Source: Vicinamibacteria bacterium
Lineage (GTDB): Bacteria; Acidobacteriota; Vicinamibacteria; Marinacidobacterales; Marinacidobacteraceae
Reading direction: 5' to 3'
DNA length: 64,000 nucleotides
Assembly: GCA_964291235.2 (NCBI GenBank)
Contig: OZ219816.1
Coordinates: 1,920,001 to 1,984,000, forward strand
How positions within the stretch are numbered: position 1 is the stretch's first letter; the number at the start of each line of letters is the position of its first letter. Below the pieces are notes generated by a model. The model was not told the origin of the DNA. It ran no database searches and saw nothing but the letters and a program-made list of their open reading frames with translations. Positions 17,767-27,245 of the stretch are shown piece by piece. Position numbers and translations under genes: made by a program.

Positions 17767-19386
17767 CTACGGGAAGATCAGGTAGATCGCGGCGATGGTC
17801 GCCAGCGCGAGTCCGCCCTTCCAGTACACCCCGGGTAGCGGCGTCAGGTCCACGCCGGTGACGGGGGCCGGGGGTTCCGGTACGTCGGTGCGCGGCCAGC
17901 GCCAGGCGGCGAACGCCAGTCCCGCCACCACGATCAGGAAGCTGATCCCCATGTGGTGCAGAAATGCGGTTTCCGGCCAGACGAGGCGAAAAACGGCGTA
18001 GATTGGGATCCCGGCCAAAAGGCCGACCCGAGCGGCGAACGCCGGCACCCGCTTCGAAACCACCCCGGCAAAGAACACCGCGACGATTCCGGGGGTAACG
18101 AAACCCCAGACCGTCTGGATGTAGCGGAAGACTCCCGGAAAGCCGCCGATCAGGGGCGCCCAGAGGCAGGCCGCCACCACGAAGACGGTCGAGGCGATGC
18201 GCGCGATGCGCACCGAGGATTCGCCGTCGTCTCCGCCGGCCGGACGCCGGCCGAAGAGCCGGCCGTGAACGTCCAGCGCGTACATGGTGGACGCCGAGTT
18301 CAGCATCGAGTTGAACGAACTCATGATCGCTCCCGCGAGCGCGGCGAGCAGGACGCCGCGGAGCGCGGGGGGCAGGAGTTCGCGGACAAGGACCGGGTAC
18401 GCCTGGTCGGGGTGGGCGATCTGGTCCCCGTAGAGCTGCACCGCGAGGATCCCCGGGAAGCAGATCAGGAAGGGCACCAGGATCTTGAGCCAGGCGCCGA
18501 AGATGGTGCCCCGCTGTCCCTCGGCGAGACTCCGGGCCGCGAGGGTGCGCTGGATGATGAACTGATTCACTCCCCAGTAGAAGAACTGCGCGATCCAGAG
18601 ACCGCCCACGAACACCGCGGTCCAGGGCACTTCGGGGTGGTCGGCGGGCAGCACGGTGTGCAGCCGGTCCTGGTTCTCCACGAGAAAGCGCGCCGCCCCG
18701 GCGAGCACCCCATCGTCCCCACCGAGCGCCGAAAAACCGAGCCAGAGGACCATCACGCCACCGGCGAGGATGGCGATCCCCTGGATGAAGTCGGACCAGA
18801 CGACAGCCTTCAGCCCGCCGTAGATCGTGTAAACGCTGGCCAGCAGGCCGATCCCCCACACCCCAAGGAGGGTGGCGGCCAGTTCCGCGGCCTCGGGCGA
18901 AAGACCGAGCAGGTTCCCGAGGATCTCGGGCAACAGGAAGATCGCGTTCAGCGCCACCGCCCCGGCGTAGAGCACCGTCGCCATCGCGACGAACACGGTG
19001 GCGGCGGTGAGGAGGGCGGCGAGGATCGTCCGGGCGCCCCGGTCGTAGCGCCGCTCGAGGAACTCCGGCATCGTGAAGACGCCGCTCTTCAGGTAGCGGG
19101 GGAGCAGGAACCACCCGATGACGATCAGCGCCGCGGCTGCCGTCCACTCGTAGCTGGCGATCGCGAGGCCGATCTCGGTCGCCGCCGAGCCGGACATCCC
19201 CACGAAGTGCTCGGTGGAAATGTTCGTCGCCACCAGCGACATCCCGATAGCCCAGCCGCCGAGGTTCCGGCCGGCGAGGAAGTACCCCTCGGCCGTCCGG
19301 CGTCCGCGCGAGGCCCGCAGGGAAACGAAGATCACCGCCCCCAGGAAGAGGACGAAGGTGATCAGGTCGGTGGTGGAGAGCGGCAC
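17767..19386 (-). CDS. Sodium:solute symporter (SSS, sugar/polyol type)
   Basis: YFLAGR, SLVATNISTEHFVGMSG, FTMPEFLERRY, YTIYGGLKAVVWSD, NQFIIQRTL, AIMSSFNSMLNS. Confidence 0.93.
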   Translation of the reverse strand: MPLSTTDLITFVLFLGAVIFVSLRASRGRRTAEGYFLAGRNLGGWAIGMSLVATNISTEHFVGMSGSAATEIGLAIASYEWTAAAALIVIGWFLLPRYLKSGVFTMPEFLERRYDRGARTILAALLTAATVFVAMATVLYAGAVALNAIFLLPEILGNLLGLSPEAAELAATLLGVWGIGLLASVYTIYGGLKAVVWSDFIQGIAILAGGVMVLWLGFSALGGDDGVLAGAARFLVENQDRLHTVLPADHPEVPWTAVFVGGLWIAQFFYWGVNQFIIQRTLAARSLAEGQRGTIFGAWLKILVPFLICFPGILAVQLYGDQIAHPDQAYPVLVRELLPPALRGVLLAALAGAIMSSFNSMLNSASTMYALDVHGRLFGRRPAGGDDGESSVRIARIASTVFVVAACLWAPLIGGFPGVFRYIQTVWGFVTPGIVAVFFAGVVSKRVPAFAARVGLLAGIPIYAVFRLVWPETAFLHHMGISFLIVVAGLAFAAWRWPRTDVPEPPAPVTGVDLTPLPGVYWKGGLALATIAAIYLIFP

Positions 19387-19464
19387 GGAACGGGGGATTG
19401 TGCGGCAAGGGAGCGCCGGCCCCCCTCCCCTCGTCCGGGAGCGCCGGCCTCCACTCCGCGGCGC

Positions 19465-20658
19465 CTACCCCCCGAGCGCTCCGCTGATCAGCCGCGACCC
19501 ACCCACGAACGTCCCGAAGATGCTCCCGATCGTCGGCAGGATGAGCGCCAGCGCGATCTTGAGCGCCCGGTTCCGGAACCAGCGGCGGGGCGCCAGCGCG
19601 TCCGCCTTCAACTCCCGAAGTTCGAACACCCGCGGGGGCCGCACCCAGGCCTGGACGAACGCTGTGACGTAACCCGTTCCAATCACTGGGGTCAGGCTGG
19701 TGAACGGGGCGGACACAAACGCCGCCAGGATGGTGAGCGGATGCGCCAGCGCGAGCACCGCCCCCAGCGCCGCCGGGATCGAGTTGACCGCGATCCAGAA
19801 CAGCGCTCCTTCGGACGCGGCGTCCGCCCCGCGCACCGCCCAGGTCCAGCCGAGCGTGCCCAGGATGATCGCCGGAATGGCGAACCCGACGATCCGGCCC
19901 GCCCTGCCCGGGGGCGGGACCTCGGCGAGCGGCGCGGTGGGGACCTCTTCCGGCTGGAGCAGGGTCCGCTCGACGCCGTCGAGGTGCCCTGCCCCGATCA
20001 CGACAACCAGACGGCCCCCCGGAACCGCCTTCACCGCCTCGCCGATCCAGGTGTCCCGCTCGTCGATGACAACTTCCTTCAGCGTGGGAAACGCTTCACC
20101 AAGTTCGCTGACGAGCCGCGAAACCACGTCGCCCGAGAGCAGTTCCTCGATGTCTTCCTTCGTCGGCTCATCGGCCGCGCCCGACTCGAGTCCTCCCGCC
20201 ATCAGCTTGACCTTCTGCCAGAAGCTGGCCCGCCGCCAGACCCGAAGCAGAGTGATCCGCACCTGACGGTCCACCAGATGGACCTCCGCTCCCACCTCGT
20301 CGGCGGTTTTCGCCGCTTCCCGAAGTTCCGCTCCCGGCTCGACGCCGAGCCGGAGGCCCATCCGCGCCTGCCAGGCGCCGAGCGCCACGCTGGCGAGGAG
20401 CGGCAACAGCTTCCGGTCCCGGACGACCTGCTTGAGATCGAGCCGCTCGATGGCTGCCGGATCCATGAGCGCCTCGTAGCGGGCATCATCCAGCTCGATG
20501 CACACCCCGTCCGGTTGCTCGCGCTCGATCGTCTCGCGCACGAGCCGGAGCGAATCCGGGGAGATGTGGGCGGTCCCGACCAGCACCACCTCGCGTTCCT
20601 CCGGCCAGTCCGGCCGGCGGATGCGGCGAACCAGAGGAGCGCTCGCTTCAGTGGTCAT
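19465..20658 (-). CDS. TraB/GumN (pheromone shutdown, PrgY-like) family protein
   Basis: LVGTAHIS, VCIELD, PGAE, VDRQVRITL, IDERD, IGAGHL, C-terminal TM region. Confidence 0.9.
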   Translation of the reverse strand: MTTEASAPLVRRIRRPDWPEEREVVLVGTAHISPDSLRLVRETIEREQPDGVCIELDDARYEALMDPAAIERLDLKQVVRDRKLLPLLASVALGAWQARMGLRLGVEPGAELREAAKTADEVGAEVHLVDRQVRITLLRVWRRASFWQKVKLMAGGLESGAADEPTKEDIEELLSGDVVSRLVSELGEAFPTLKEVVIDERDTWIGEAVKAVPGGRLVVVIGAGHLDGVERTLLQPEEVPTAPLAEVPPPGRAGRIVGFAIPAIILGTLGWTWAVRGADAASEGALFWIAVNSIPAALGAVLALAHPLTILAAFVSAPFTSLTPVIGTGYVTAFVQAWVRPPRVFELRELKADALAPRRWFRNRALKIALALILPTIGSIFGTFVGGSRLISGALGG

Positions 20659-21146
20659 TTCGGTGTGAGGCGTCCTTCAGCGTCTATTGGCTGGATCCGG
20701 CTCGGAAGCGAGTCACCCCACGTCCACAGGACGAGGTTGCGGTCGTCGGGGCCTGCTCCGCGAAAGAAGGCCGGGACCAGCACTCCGGCGTAGCCCCGGG
20801 CAATCAGGCGGTCAACGACCGCCCAGCAGGCGGGGATTCTGCCTCGGTCCGGATCACGTCTCCAGTCGGGCGGATCAAGGTGCTCGGCCCGGACGCCCTC
20901 CTGGGCCATCGGTTCCGGGCGCGTGGCGTCAAGGATCGGGCTGCAATCGACCTCGTAAGCGGCGAGCACGACCGGCTGGATCGAAAACCCGGCTCGACTG
21001 ACTTCCCGGACCGCACCCGCCAGCGACAAGGGCGTGTAGAACGCCGGGACCCCCTTTCGGTTGAACCTTCCGCCATAGAGGGCTGTCCCCATTCCGGACA
21101 GCGGATCCGCAAGAGCCCGCTCGGGGAAGTGGGCCCAGTACACCAC
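20655..21146 (-). CDS. RES domain protein, degenerate; possibly a pseudogene
   Basis: PLSGMG, GGRFNRKGVPAFY, AVRE, LAAYEVD, GYAGVLVP, NLVLWTW; expected Arg is Trp and expected Ser is Ala; start unclear. Confidence 0.65.
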   Translation of the reverse strand: MVYWAHFPERALADPLSGMGTALYGGRFNRKGVPAFYTPLSLAGAVREVSRAGFSIQPVVLAAYEVDCSPILDATRPEPMAQEGVRAEHLDPPDWRRDPDRGRIPACWAVVDRLIARGYAGVLVPAFFRGAGPDDRNLVLWTWGDSLPSRIQPIDAEGRLTPK

Positions 21147-21183
21147 GCCCCGGAACGCAGAGTGCGCAGCGCCCGGCGGGCGA

Positions 21184-23796
21184 TCAACGCGGGGCGCGGG
21201 ATGCGGCGATGAGGTTCCCGAGCAGCCGGAACGCCCCCGGGACCCCCTCGGGGAGCTGGCGGTGGAGCGCGTAGGCAAAGTAGGTGTAGCGCCCATCCCC
21301 GAAATCGGCGGTGAGCGCCCCGCCCCGCTGGGGGTCCTGTCCGGTGTCCTGCGTCTCGAAGAGCGCGGTGTAGGCCTCATCCCACGCACTCCAGAACTTG
21401 GAGCCCCGCTGCTCCACCCAGTCTTCGAAGTCGGCGGGGACGATCCGGTGCGGCCAGGTGAGAAGCGGGTGGTCCGGCGCCAGGATCGTGAACGGGCTGT
21501 CCTCCTCGGACACTTCCTCGGACCGCTGCGGCAGGACGCCCGGGTACGGCGCGTGCTCGTTCGGAATCAGCTCGTTCGTGTTGTAGAGCACGACCAGGTG
21601 ACCCCCGCCCCGCGCGTAGTCGAGCAGGCGCCGGTTGGCCCGGAGCAGGTCGGGACGGACCGCGTAGGCCCTCGTTCCGGTGACCACCGCGTCGTAGCCG
21701 CTCAGGTCGGAGTTCAGGAGCGCGGCTTCGTCGAGCAACGTCACCTCGGCCCCAAGAGCCGCGATGCCTGCCGGCACCTCGTCGCCCGCTCCCACGACGT
21801 AGCCCACCCGGAGCCCGTCCGGCATCGCCAGTTCGACTCCGACGACCCTCAGCGCCGCCGGCCGCACCAGATAGCGGAGCGGCAGGTCCCGGTGGGCGAT
21901 CCGCTGGTAGCCGACGGCGGGCGCCGGCTCGCCGGAACCCGTGTCCAGAGCCGCGGTGATCTCGTAGGCGCCCGCCGCCATCCCATCGGCGTGGACGGTG
22001 AAGCGGACGCTCGACTCTTCGCCGGCGCGTTCGAAGGCGACGGTGGCCTCGGCCGGATCCGCCCGGAAGCCGTCCGGCAGTTTGAGCGCGACCCGGAACT
22101 CACCGGCCTGATTCCCGGTGACCATGACATTGGCTTCGAACGCGGCGGCGTCCGCTCCGGAAGGAAAGGCAGCGAAACCGGGATCGAAACCTACCGAGAC
22201 CGGCGGCAGGATCTCCAGTTCGCGGCGCTCGTAGCCGTAGGGGAGGTTGGGCTCGAAGCGCTCCGCGGCGGCAGCGAGTGGGACGGTGACGGTCTCTCCC
22301 CCGTCGCCCGCGGGAATCTCCAGGTCGAGCGTCGCCGTCATCGCCGACGGGGGCGCGCCGCGCGTCCAGTCGCCGTTCGTGCGGTAGCGGCTCTCGCCGA
22401 GCCCCGAACGCTCGACGTGCGGCCGCAGCACCGGGGCATCCGCGGCCAGAGTTACCACGAACCGGTGGGTTGCTCCCTCCACGTCACCGGGTTCGACTTC
22501 GCCGGGCGCCTCCAGGGACACCCCGGTGACCCGCGCCGGAGCAAGAGCCTCGGCGTTGACCCGCACCTCGAACCGCTGGCCGGGAACGACCGGGCCGAAC
22601 GCCGGAGGCGGCGCGAAAGGAGAAGCATCGGAGTCGGCGGACGGCTCGGTCGCAATGGCCTCGAACGAGACCCCTGCCGCCGAACGGATCGCTGCGACGA
22701 GCTCTTCCTCCTTCCGCTCGAGCTCGTGGCGGACATCGAAGAACCCGGACGGCGAACGCTCGGAGAGCAGTTCCCGCATCTCGGCGAGCGCCGCGCCGAG
22801 CCGCGGGAGGCTTGATTCCGGGGCGCTCCAGTCGAACCCGGCGGCAATCCCGCGGAATTGCTCGTCGAGCCGCTCCAGCACCGCCATCAGCCGACCCGGA
22901 ACCACCGGGCCAAAACGCGCGGAGAGCGAAGCCCGCTCCGGACTCAGCATGGCGAGGAGGTCGCGTTCGGCGCCCGGATCCCCGTCGGCGCGCATCAACC
23001 GCGCGGTTCGCCGTCCGGAAACCGGCCGAACGACCCCGCGAGTCTGCGATCGCTGGTAGGCCAACCCCACCGCGTTCAACTCGGCGAACGAGTGCGAGAG
23101 CCACGGCTGCGATCCCGAGACATCGATCTCGAAGGCTCCCTCCTCATCCCGGGCCCGCTGGAAGAACGCGAGCGGGAGATGCGGCCTGCGTCCCTCCCGG
23201 GCCGGGAAGGCGCCCATGTCCGGCGCGCCGTCGAAACCCCGCGCCGCCATCCGCCCCGCGAACTGGTGCTGGCCGTGGCCGTCCCGCGGATCCCCGGTGA
23301 AGCGGGCGAGGATGACCATCGGCCGCTCCCGCCGGATGACCTCCACGACGTCGGCGGCCGCCGACTCCTCGTCCCACGACCGGAGCGCCTCCTCGAGATT
23401 CTTCGAGTAGCCGTAGTCGGCGAGCGGCGTGTGGTAGATCCGGTCGAGGCCGTACCAGTTCCCGGCCACCTCCAGCTCGGCGGATCGGATCAGGCCGAGC
23501 CCGTCGAATAGCTCCGGCCCGATGGCGTTTGCCCCCGCTTCCCCCCGGGTGATGCTCAGGAGCGCGGCCCGGACTCCGTGCCCCCGGCTGAGGAGCGCCA
23601 GGAGCGCCCCGTTCTCGTCGTCCGGATGCGCGGTGACGTGGAGCACCGATCCGGTCGTCTGCAGCTTCTGAATCCAGTGCCACGCCTCGGCCGCCCGCCC
23701 CTGCCCCGGCCCGGTCGGCTGCGCGCCCGCGGTGCCGGCGAGCGGAAGGATCAGCAGCACCGTTGCGAAAACGCGCCAACCCCGGAACTTCTGCAT
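21184..23796 (-). CDS. Exported PIG-L/LmbE family deacetylase with Ig-like and C-terminal GATase-like domains
   Basis: Signal peptide, TAHPDDE, TRGEAGAN, DYGYSK, DGHGQHQ, GYVVGAGDEVP, WVEQRG, LHRQLPEGVPGAFRL. Confidence 0.88.
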   Translation of the reverse strand: MQKFRGWRVFATVLLILPLAGTAGAQPTGPGQGRAAEAWHWIQKLQTTGSVLHVTAHPDDENGALLALLSRGHGVRAALLSITRGEAGANAIGPELFDGLGLIRSAELEVAGNWYGLDRIYHTPLADYGYSKNLEEALRSWDEESAAADVVEVIRRERPMVILARFTGDPRDGHGQHQFAGRMAARGFDGAPDMGAFPAREGRRPHLPLAFFQRARDEEGAFEIDVSGSQPWLSHSFAELNAVGLAYQRSQTRGVVRPVSGRRTARLMRADGDPGAERDLLAMLSPERASLSARFGPVVPGRLMAVLERLDEQFRGIAAGFDWSAPESSLPRLGAALAEMRELLSERSPSGFFDVRHELERKEEELVAAIRSAAGVSFEAIATEPSADSDASPFAPPPAFGPVVPGQRFEVRVNAEALAPARVTGVSLEAPGEVEPGDVEGATHRFVVTLAADAPVLRPHVERSGLGESRYRTNGDWTRGAPPSAMTATLDLEIPAGDGGETVTVPLAAAAERFEPNLPYGYERRELEILPPVSVGFDPGFAAFPSGADAAAFEANVMVTGNQAGEFRVALKLPDGFRADPAEATVAFERAGEESSVRFTVHADGMAAGAYEITAALDTGSGEPAPAVGYQRIAHRDLPLRYLVRPAALRVVGVELAMPDGLRVGYVVGAGDEVPAGIAALGAEVTLLDEAALLNSDLSGYDAVVTGTRAYAVRPDLLRANRRLLDYARGGGHLVVLYNTNELIPNEHAPYPGVLPQRSEEVSEEDSPFTILAPDHPLLTWPHRIVPADFEDWVEQRGSKFWSAWDEAYTALFETQDTGQDPQRGGALTADFGDGRYTYFAYALHRQLPEGVPGAFRLLGNLIAASRAPR

Positions 23797-23937
23797 GGCG
23801 CACAAGTGTAGGACCGCCGCGGATGGCCAGCATGGCCGCGTTCGCATCAGGGACGCATTTCCGCAACGAGGCCAACCAATCCCGTGCAAGAGTCGAACGT
23901 TCCTTCTTTCGCTAAAGTCACAAAACTCTTGCTCGCA

Positions 23938-23946
23938 TGTTATTTT
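23938..23946 (+). promoter_or_regulatory. Extended -10 element; probable leaderless transcript of the AAA ATPase gene
   Basis: TGT-TATTTT (TGn-TAnnnT) ends 7 nt before ATG 23954; no Shine-Dalgarno; AT-rich patch. Confidence 0.45.
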
Positions 23947-23953
23947 TACGCTA

Positions 23954-25153
23954 ATGATCGCCAGAAGAACGCAAGAGGCCGTCCTCCGTGCCCTTGACCG
24001 TCAGCCAGCGGCGGCGCTCCTGGGCCCTCGGCAGTGCGGCAAGACCACCCTAGCCCGCCGGATCGCAGACGACACCGACGCGATCTATCTGGACCTCACG
24101 GATCCGCTGGATGTGGCGCGGCTCGCGGACCCGCATAGCTTCCTCGCCCGCCACGAAGGGCGGCTCGTGGTTCTGGACGAAATCCATCGGACTCCCGAAC
24201 TCTTCCTTGCGCTTCGGGGCCTCATCGACGACGGCCGGCGCCGAAATGTCGCCCATGGGCGCTTCCTCATCCTGGGTTCCGCGTCGATGCGCCTGCTTCG
24301 CCAGTCGGCCGAGACGCTCACCGGACGCATCGCGATCGTTTCCCTCTCTCCCTTCGACCCGCTGGAAGTCGAGAGCGCGGGTGACCTCGACCGGCTCTGG
24401 CTTCGTGGAGGGTTCCCCACCAGCTACCTGGCACCCGACCACGAAACGAGCTTCGAAGTGCGCCAGGACATGATTGCGACGATCATCGGCCGTGACATTC
24501 CGGAGTTCTCTTCCCGCCCCCTGCCGATGGAAACCCTCCGGCGCTTTCTGACCATGCTGGCTCACCAGCAAGGGGGGCCGGTCAACCGGGCGGCGCTCGC
24601 GTCCGGACTCGGGATCCGGGAGGCGACCGTAGCACGCTACCTCGACCTCTTCGTGGATCTGTTGCTCGTTCGCAGGATCGAGCCGTGGACGTCAAGTGTC
24701 GGGAAACGCATGCGGAAGGCCCCCCGCATCATCATTCGTGACAGCGGTCTGGTCCACGCGCTCCTGAACATCCGCACGCTCGACGACCTCCTCGGCCACC
24801 CCATCGCCGGACCGAGTTGGGAAGGGTTTGTCGTAGAGAACCTCTTGCGCGCGGCGCCGCCCCTGGCGGGGGTCGGGGCCTACCGCACCCTCCGCGGGGC
24901 GGAATGCGACCTGGTTCTCGATCTGCCGCGGAAGGGTCGGTGGGCGATCGAGGTCAAAAGGGGTCGGGTTCCGAAACTGGAGCGAGGATTCTGGGATGCG
25001 TGCCAGGACATCGCTCCGGCCCGACGCTTCGTGGCATACCCGGGATCCGATCGCTTCCCTTTGAGGAACGACGTCGAGGCAATTGGGGTCGAGGAGCTGA
25101 TGCGAGAGGTGGCCGCAGCTTCGCGCGCCCCCGACTCCGTCCGGTTGGCCTAG
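23954..25153 (+). CDS. AAA+ ATPase with DUF4143 (PD-(D/E)xK-like) C-terminal domain
   Basis: Walker A GPRQCGKT, Walker B VVLDEIH, LILGSAS, ETLTGR, RGGFP, RDSGL, SWEGFV, ECDLV..AIEVK. Confidence 0.9.
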   Translation: MIARRTQEAVLRALDRQPAAALLGPRQCGKTTLARRIADDTDAIYLDLTDPLDVARLADPHSFLARHEGRLVVLDEIHRTPELFLALRGLIDDGRRRNVAHGRFLILGSASMRLLRQSAETLTGRIAIVSLSPFDPLEVESAGDLDRLWLRGGFPTSYLAPDHETSFEVRQDMIATIIGRDIPEFSSRPLPMETLRRFLTMLAHQQGGPVNRAALASGLGIREATVARYLDLFVDLLLVRRIEPWTSSVGKRMRKAPRIIIRDSGLVHALLNIRTLDDLLGHPIAGPSWEGFVVENLLRAAPPLAGVGAYRTLRGAECDLVLDLPRKGRWAIEVKRGRVPKLERGFWDACQDIAPARRFVAYPGSDRFPLRNDVEAIGVEELMREVAAASRAPDSVRLA

Positions 25154-25196
25154 AAAAGCTGGGGTCGTGCACCGCACGAGGCCGCGGTGCCGGTGG

Positions 25197-25228
25197 CCGG
25201 TTCTCCCGGTGGGGGCCCCTTACCGGGG
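25197..25228. repeat. REP-like repeat copy forming a hairpin between convergent genes
   Basis: ccggttctcccggtgggggc matches the 11075 arm; folds with cttaccggg. Confidence 0.6.
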
Positions 25229-26299
25229 GCGCCGTACGGCCCGGGTCTGGGCGGCTTCCCAAGCGCGGACCCGAATCCGCGCCGCGTCGAAGAGGCGCTC
25301 GTAGTTGCCGCGGCGGAGCTGCTCGCTGGCTTCGGGGTCGAGTTCGTCCAGAAGCGAACGCCAGGCCTCGAGGGCGCCGTGATAGGAGGCCGCGTCCCTC
25401 GCGACCACCGAATCCGACCCGATGATGAATCGGTCCGGCCAGGCGTTCACCAGATCCACCCAGGCGGCAAGGCGCTCCGGCGGCGCCACCATCTGCCGGG
25501 CCACCACGTCCCAGGAGAGATCGAAGTAGAGGTGGTTCAAGCCTTCGTCACGAAGGATCTCCTCCAGCAGGTTCACGTAGTCGCCCGTCGGCTCCACGAA
25601 CCGCCCGAGGCCGGCGTGCGCCCACAGGATCGTTGTTTCCGGGTGCCGCCGGACCACTTCCACAAAGGTGTCCAGATGGGTGGGCCGCTCCCCCTCGTGC
25701 GGGAGGATCACGTCCACGTCGTTGTGGATCAGCGTCAGGAGCCCGACCTCTCCCGCGAACTCGAGGATTCGGTCGAGCGCCGGGTTGCGAAGGCTCGCCG
25801 TATGTCCCACCGTCTTGGGTGACACCACCTCCTTGTGGATGGAGAACTCGCCGATCCCCGAGAACACGCCCGGATAGAGGCGCAGCACGCGCCGGATGTG
25901 GTCCGTCGCGTACATGTCGGTCGGGTTGAATCCGGTGATCATGGGATCGAACCGGTCCTGCTGCTCCGGCGGCAAGGCCAGCACGGCCTGCGCCACCATC
26001 GCGTCCACGAACGGGTAGTAGTAGAGCGCCGCATCGGAACGCAGGTAATAGTCGGGAGCGCGATCGCCCGATTCGAACCAGTCCCACTTCTGCTGGAGCG
26101 GAATGCCCATGAGCGCCGCGCGTCCCACGCGCTCCCCCATCATCGCCAGGAACTCCGGCAGCGACGTCTCCTGCTGGATGTAGTCGGTGGGGTGGTAGTG
26201 CGCGTCGTGGAAGGTGACCCCGGAGTTCGACGACTGGGCCGAGGCCGCGGAGGCAAACAGCACCGCGAACGCCAGACCCAGGCGCAGCCAGCGAGACAT
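25220..26299 (-). CDS. Exported amidohydrolase (Amidohydro_2-like)
   Basis: Signal peptide, HDAHYH, GIGEFSIHKE, LIHND, WAHAG, DLSW, IGSD. Confidence 0.82.
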   Translation of the reverse strand: MSRWLRLGLAFAVLFASAASAQSSNSGVTFHDAHYHPTDYIQQETSLPEFLAMMGERVGRAALMGIPLQQKWDWFESGDRAPDYYLRSDAALYYYPFVDAMVAQAVLALPPEQQDRFDPMITGFNPTDMYATDHIRRVLRLYPGVFSGIGEFSIHKEVVSPKTVGHTASLRNPALDRILEFAGEVGLLTLIHNDVDVILPHEGERPTHLDTFVEVVRRHPETTILWAHAGLGRFVEPTGDYVNLLEEILRDEGLNHLYFDLSWDVVARQMVAPPERLAAWVDLVNAWPDRFIIGSDSVVARDAASYHGALEAWRSLLDELDPEASEQLRRGNYERLFDAARIRVRAWEAAQTRAVRRPR

Positions 26300-26348
26300 C
26301 GCAGCCAAGAGTATCGGGCCAAAAGCCGAACCGGTAGCCTCTCCGGTC

Positions 26349-27245
26349 ATGCCCTCCGGTGCGCCCCGCCTGCTGATCGCCGGAGAGACCTTCGAGGATC
26401 TCATCTTCGCGGAGTTGCCCCGCCTGCCTCGTCCGGGCGAGGAACTCCGCACGGATCAGTTTCGCCGCACCTTTGGCGGCGGCGCCCTCATCTCGGCGGC
26501 GTGGGCACGGGTGGAGGGGCTCGAGGTGGATCTCCTCTCGGCCCTGCCGCCACGCGTGGGGCGCACCCTCCAGACGGAAGGCATCGGCTACCGCAACCTG
26601 CGCCGGCCCCGCGAGCCGTACGCCGTCACCGCCTGCCTTTCGTTCGGGCCGGAGCGGAGCTTCGCGACCTTCAACGGAATGAACCGGGACCTCGAGCAGC
26701 GGATCTACGTCGCCCTCCGGGGCGCGGGATCCACCACCCCCTTCGGGGCGGTGCTGATGGCGATGCCGCCGCGCGTCTGTCCCGCGTGGACGGAGTTGCA
26801 GATCGCGATGCGGCAGGTCGGCGAGAGCGCCGAGATCTTCTGGGATTTCGGCTATGACGAAGACCTTCCCCGGCGCGATGGCTTCCCCGAGTTGCTCCAG
26901 AACTCCGCCGGGATCTTCGTGAACGCCCAGGAGGCGGCGCTCTACGACGGGCCGGGAGGATTTCTCCAACGGGCCGCCGCCGGTGGAACGCTCGTCATCG
27001 TGAAACGAGGGGCCGACGGCGCCGAGGTGTTCGGGAAACCCGAAACACGCGTGCCGGCGCCGATCCCGCTGCGCGGCATCCGTGACACCACCGGAGCCGG
27101 CGACGCGTTCGCCGCCGGCTTCCTGGCGCGGCGGCTGCGGGGCGGGTCCCTCGAAGAACAGCTCACCGCCGGCAACGTCTGCGGCGCCCGCTCCGTCCAG
27201 TTCCTGGGCGGGTTGCCGGCGCGGCCCTGGAGCGCCGGATCTTGA
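26349..27245 (+). CDS. PfkB family carbohydrate kinase
   Basis: FGGGA, FVNAQEA, VKRGADGA, DTTGAGDAFAAG. Confidence 0.9.
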   Translation: MPSGAPRLLIAGETFEDLIFAELPRLPRPGEELRTDQFRRTFGGGALISAAWARVEGLEVDLLSALPPRVGRTLQTEGIGYRNLRRPREPYAVTACLSFGPERSFATFNGMNRDLEQRIYVALRGAGSTTPFGAVLMAMPPRVCPAWTELQIAMRQVGESAEIFWDFGYDEDLPRRDGFPELLQNSAGIFVNAQEAALYDGPGGFLQRAAAGGTLVIVKRGADGAEVFGKPETRVPAPIPLRGIRDTTGAGDAFAAGFLARRLRGGSLEEQLTAGNVCGARSVQFLGGLPARPWSAGS

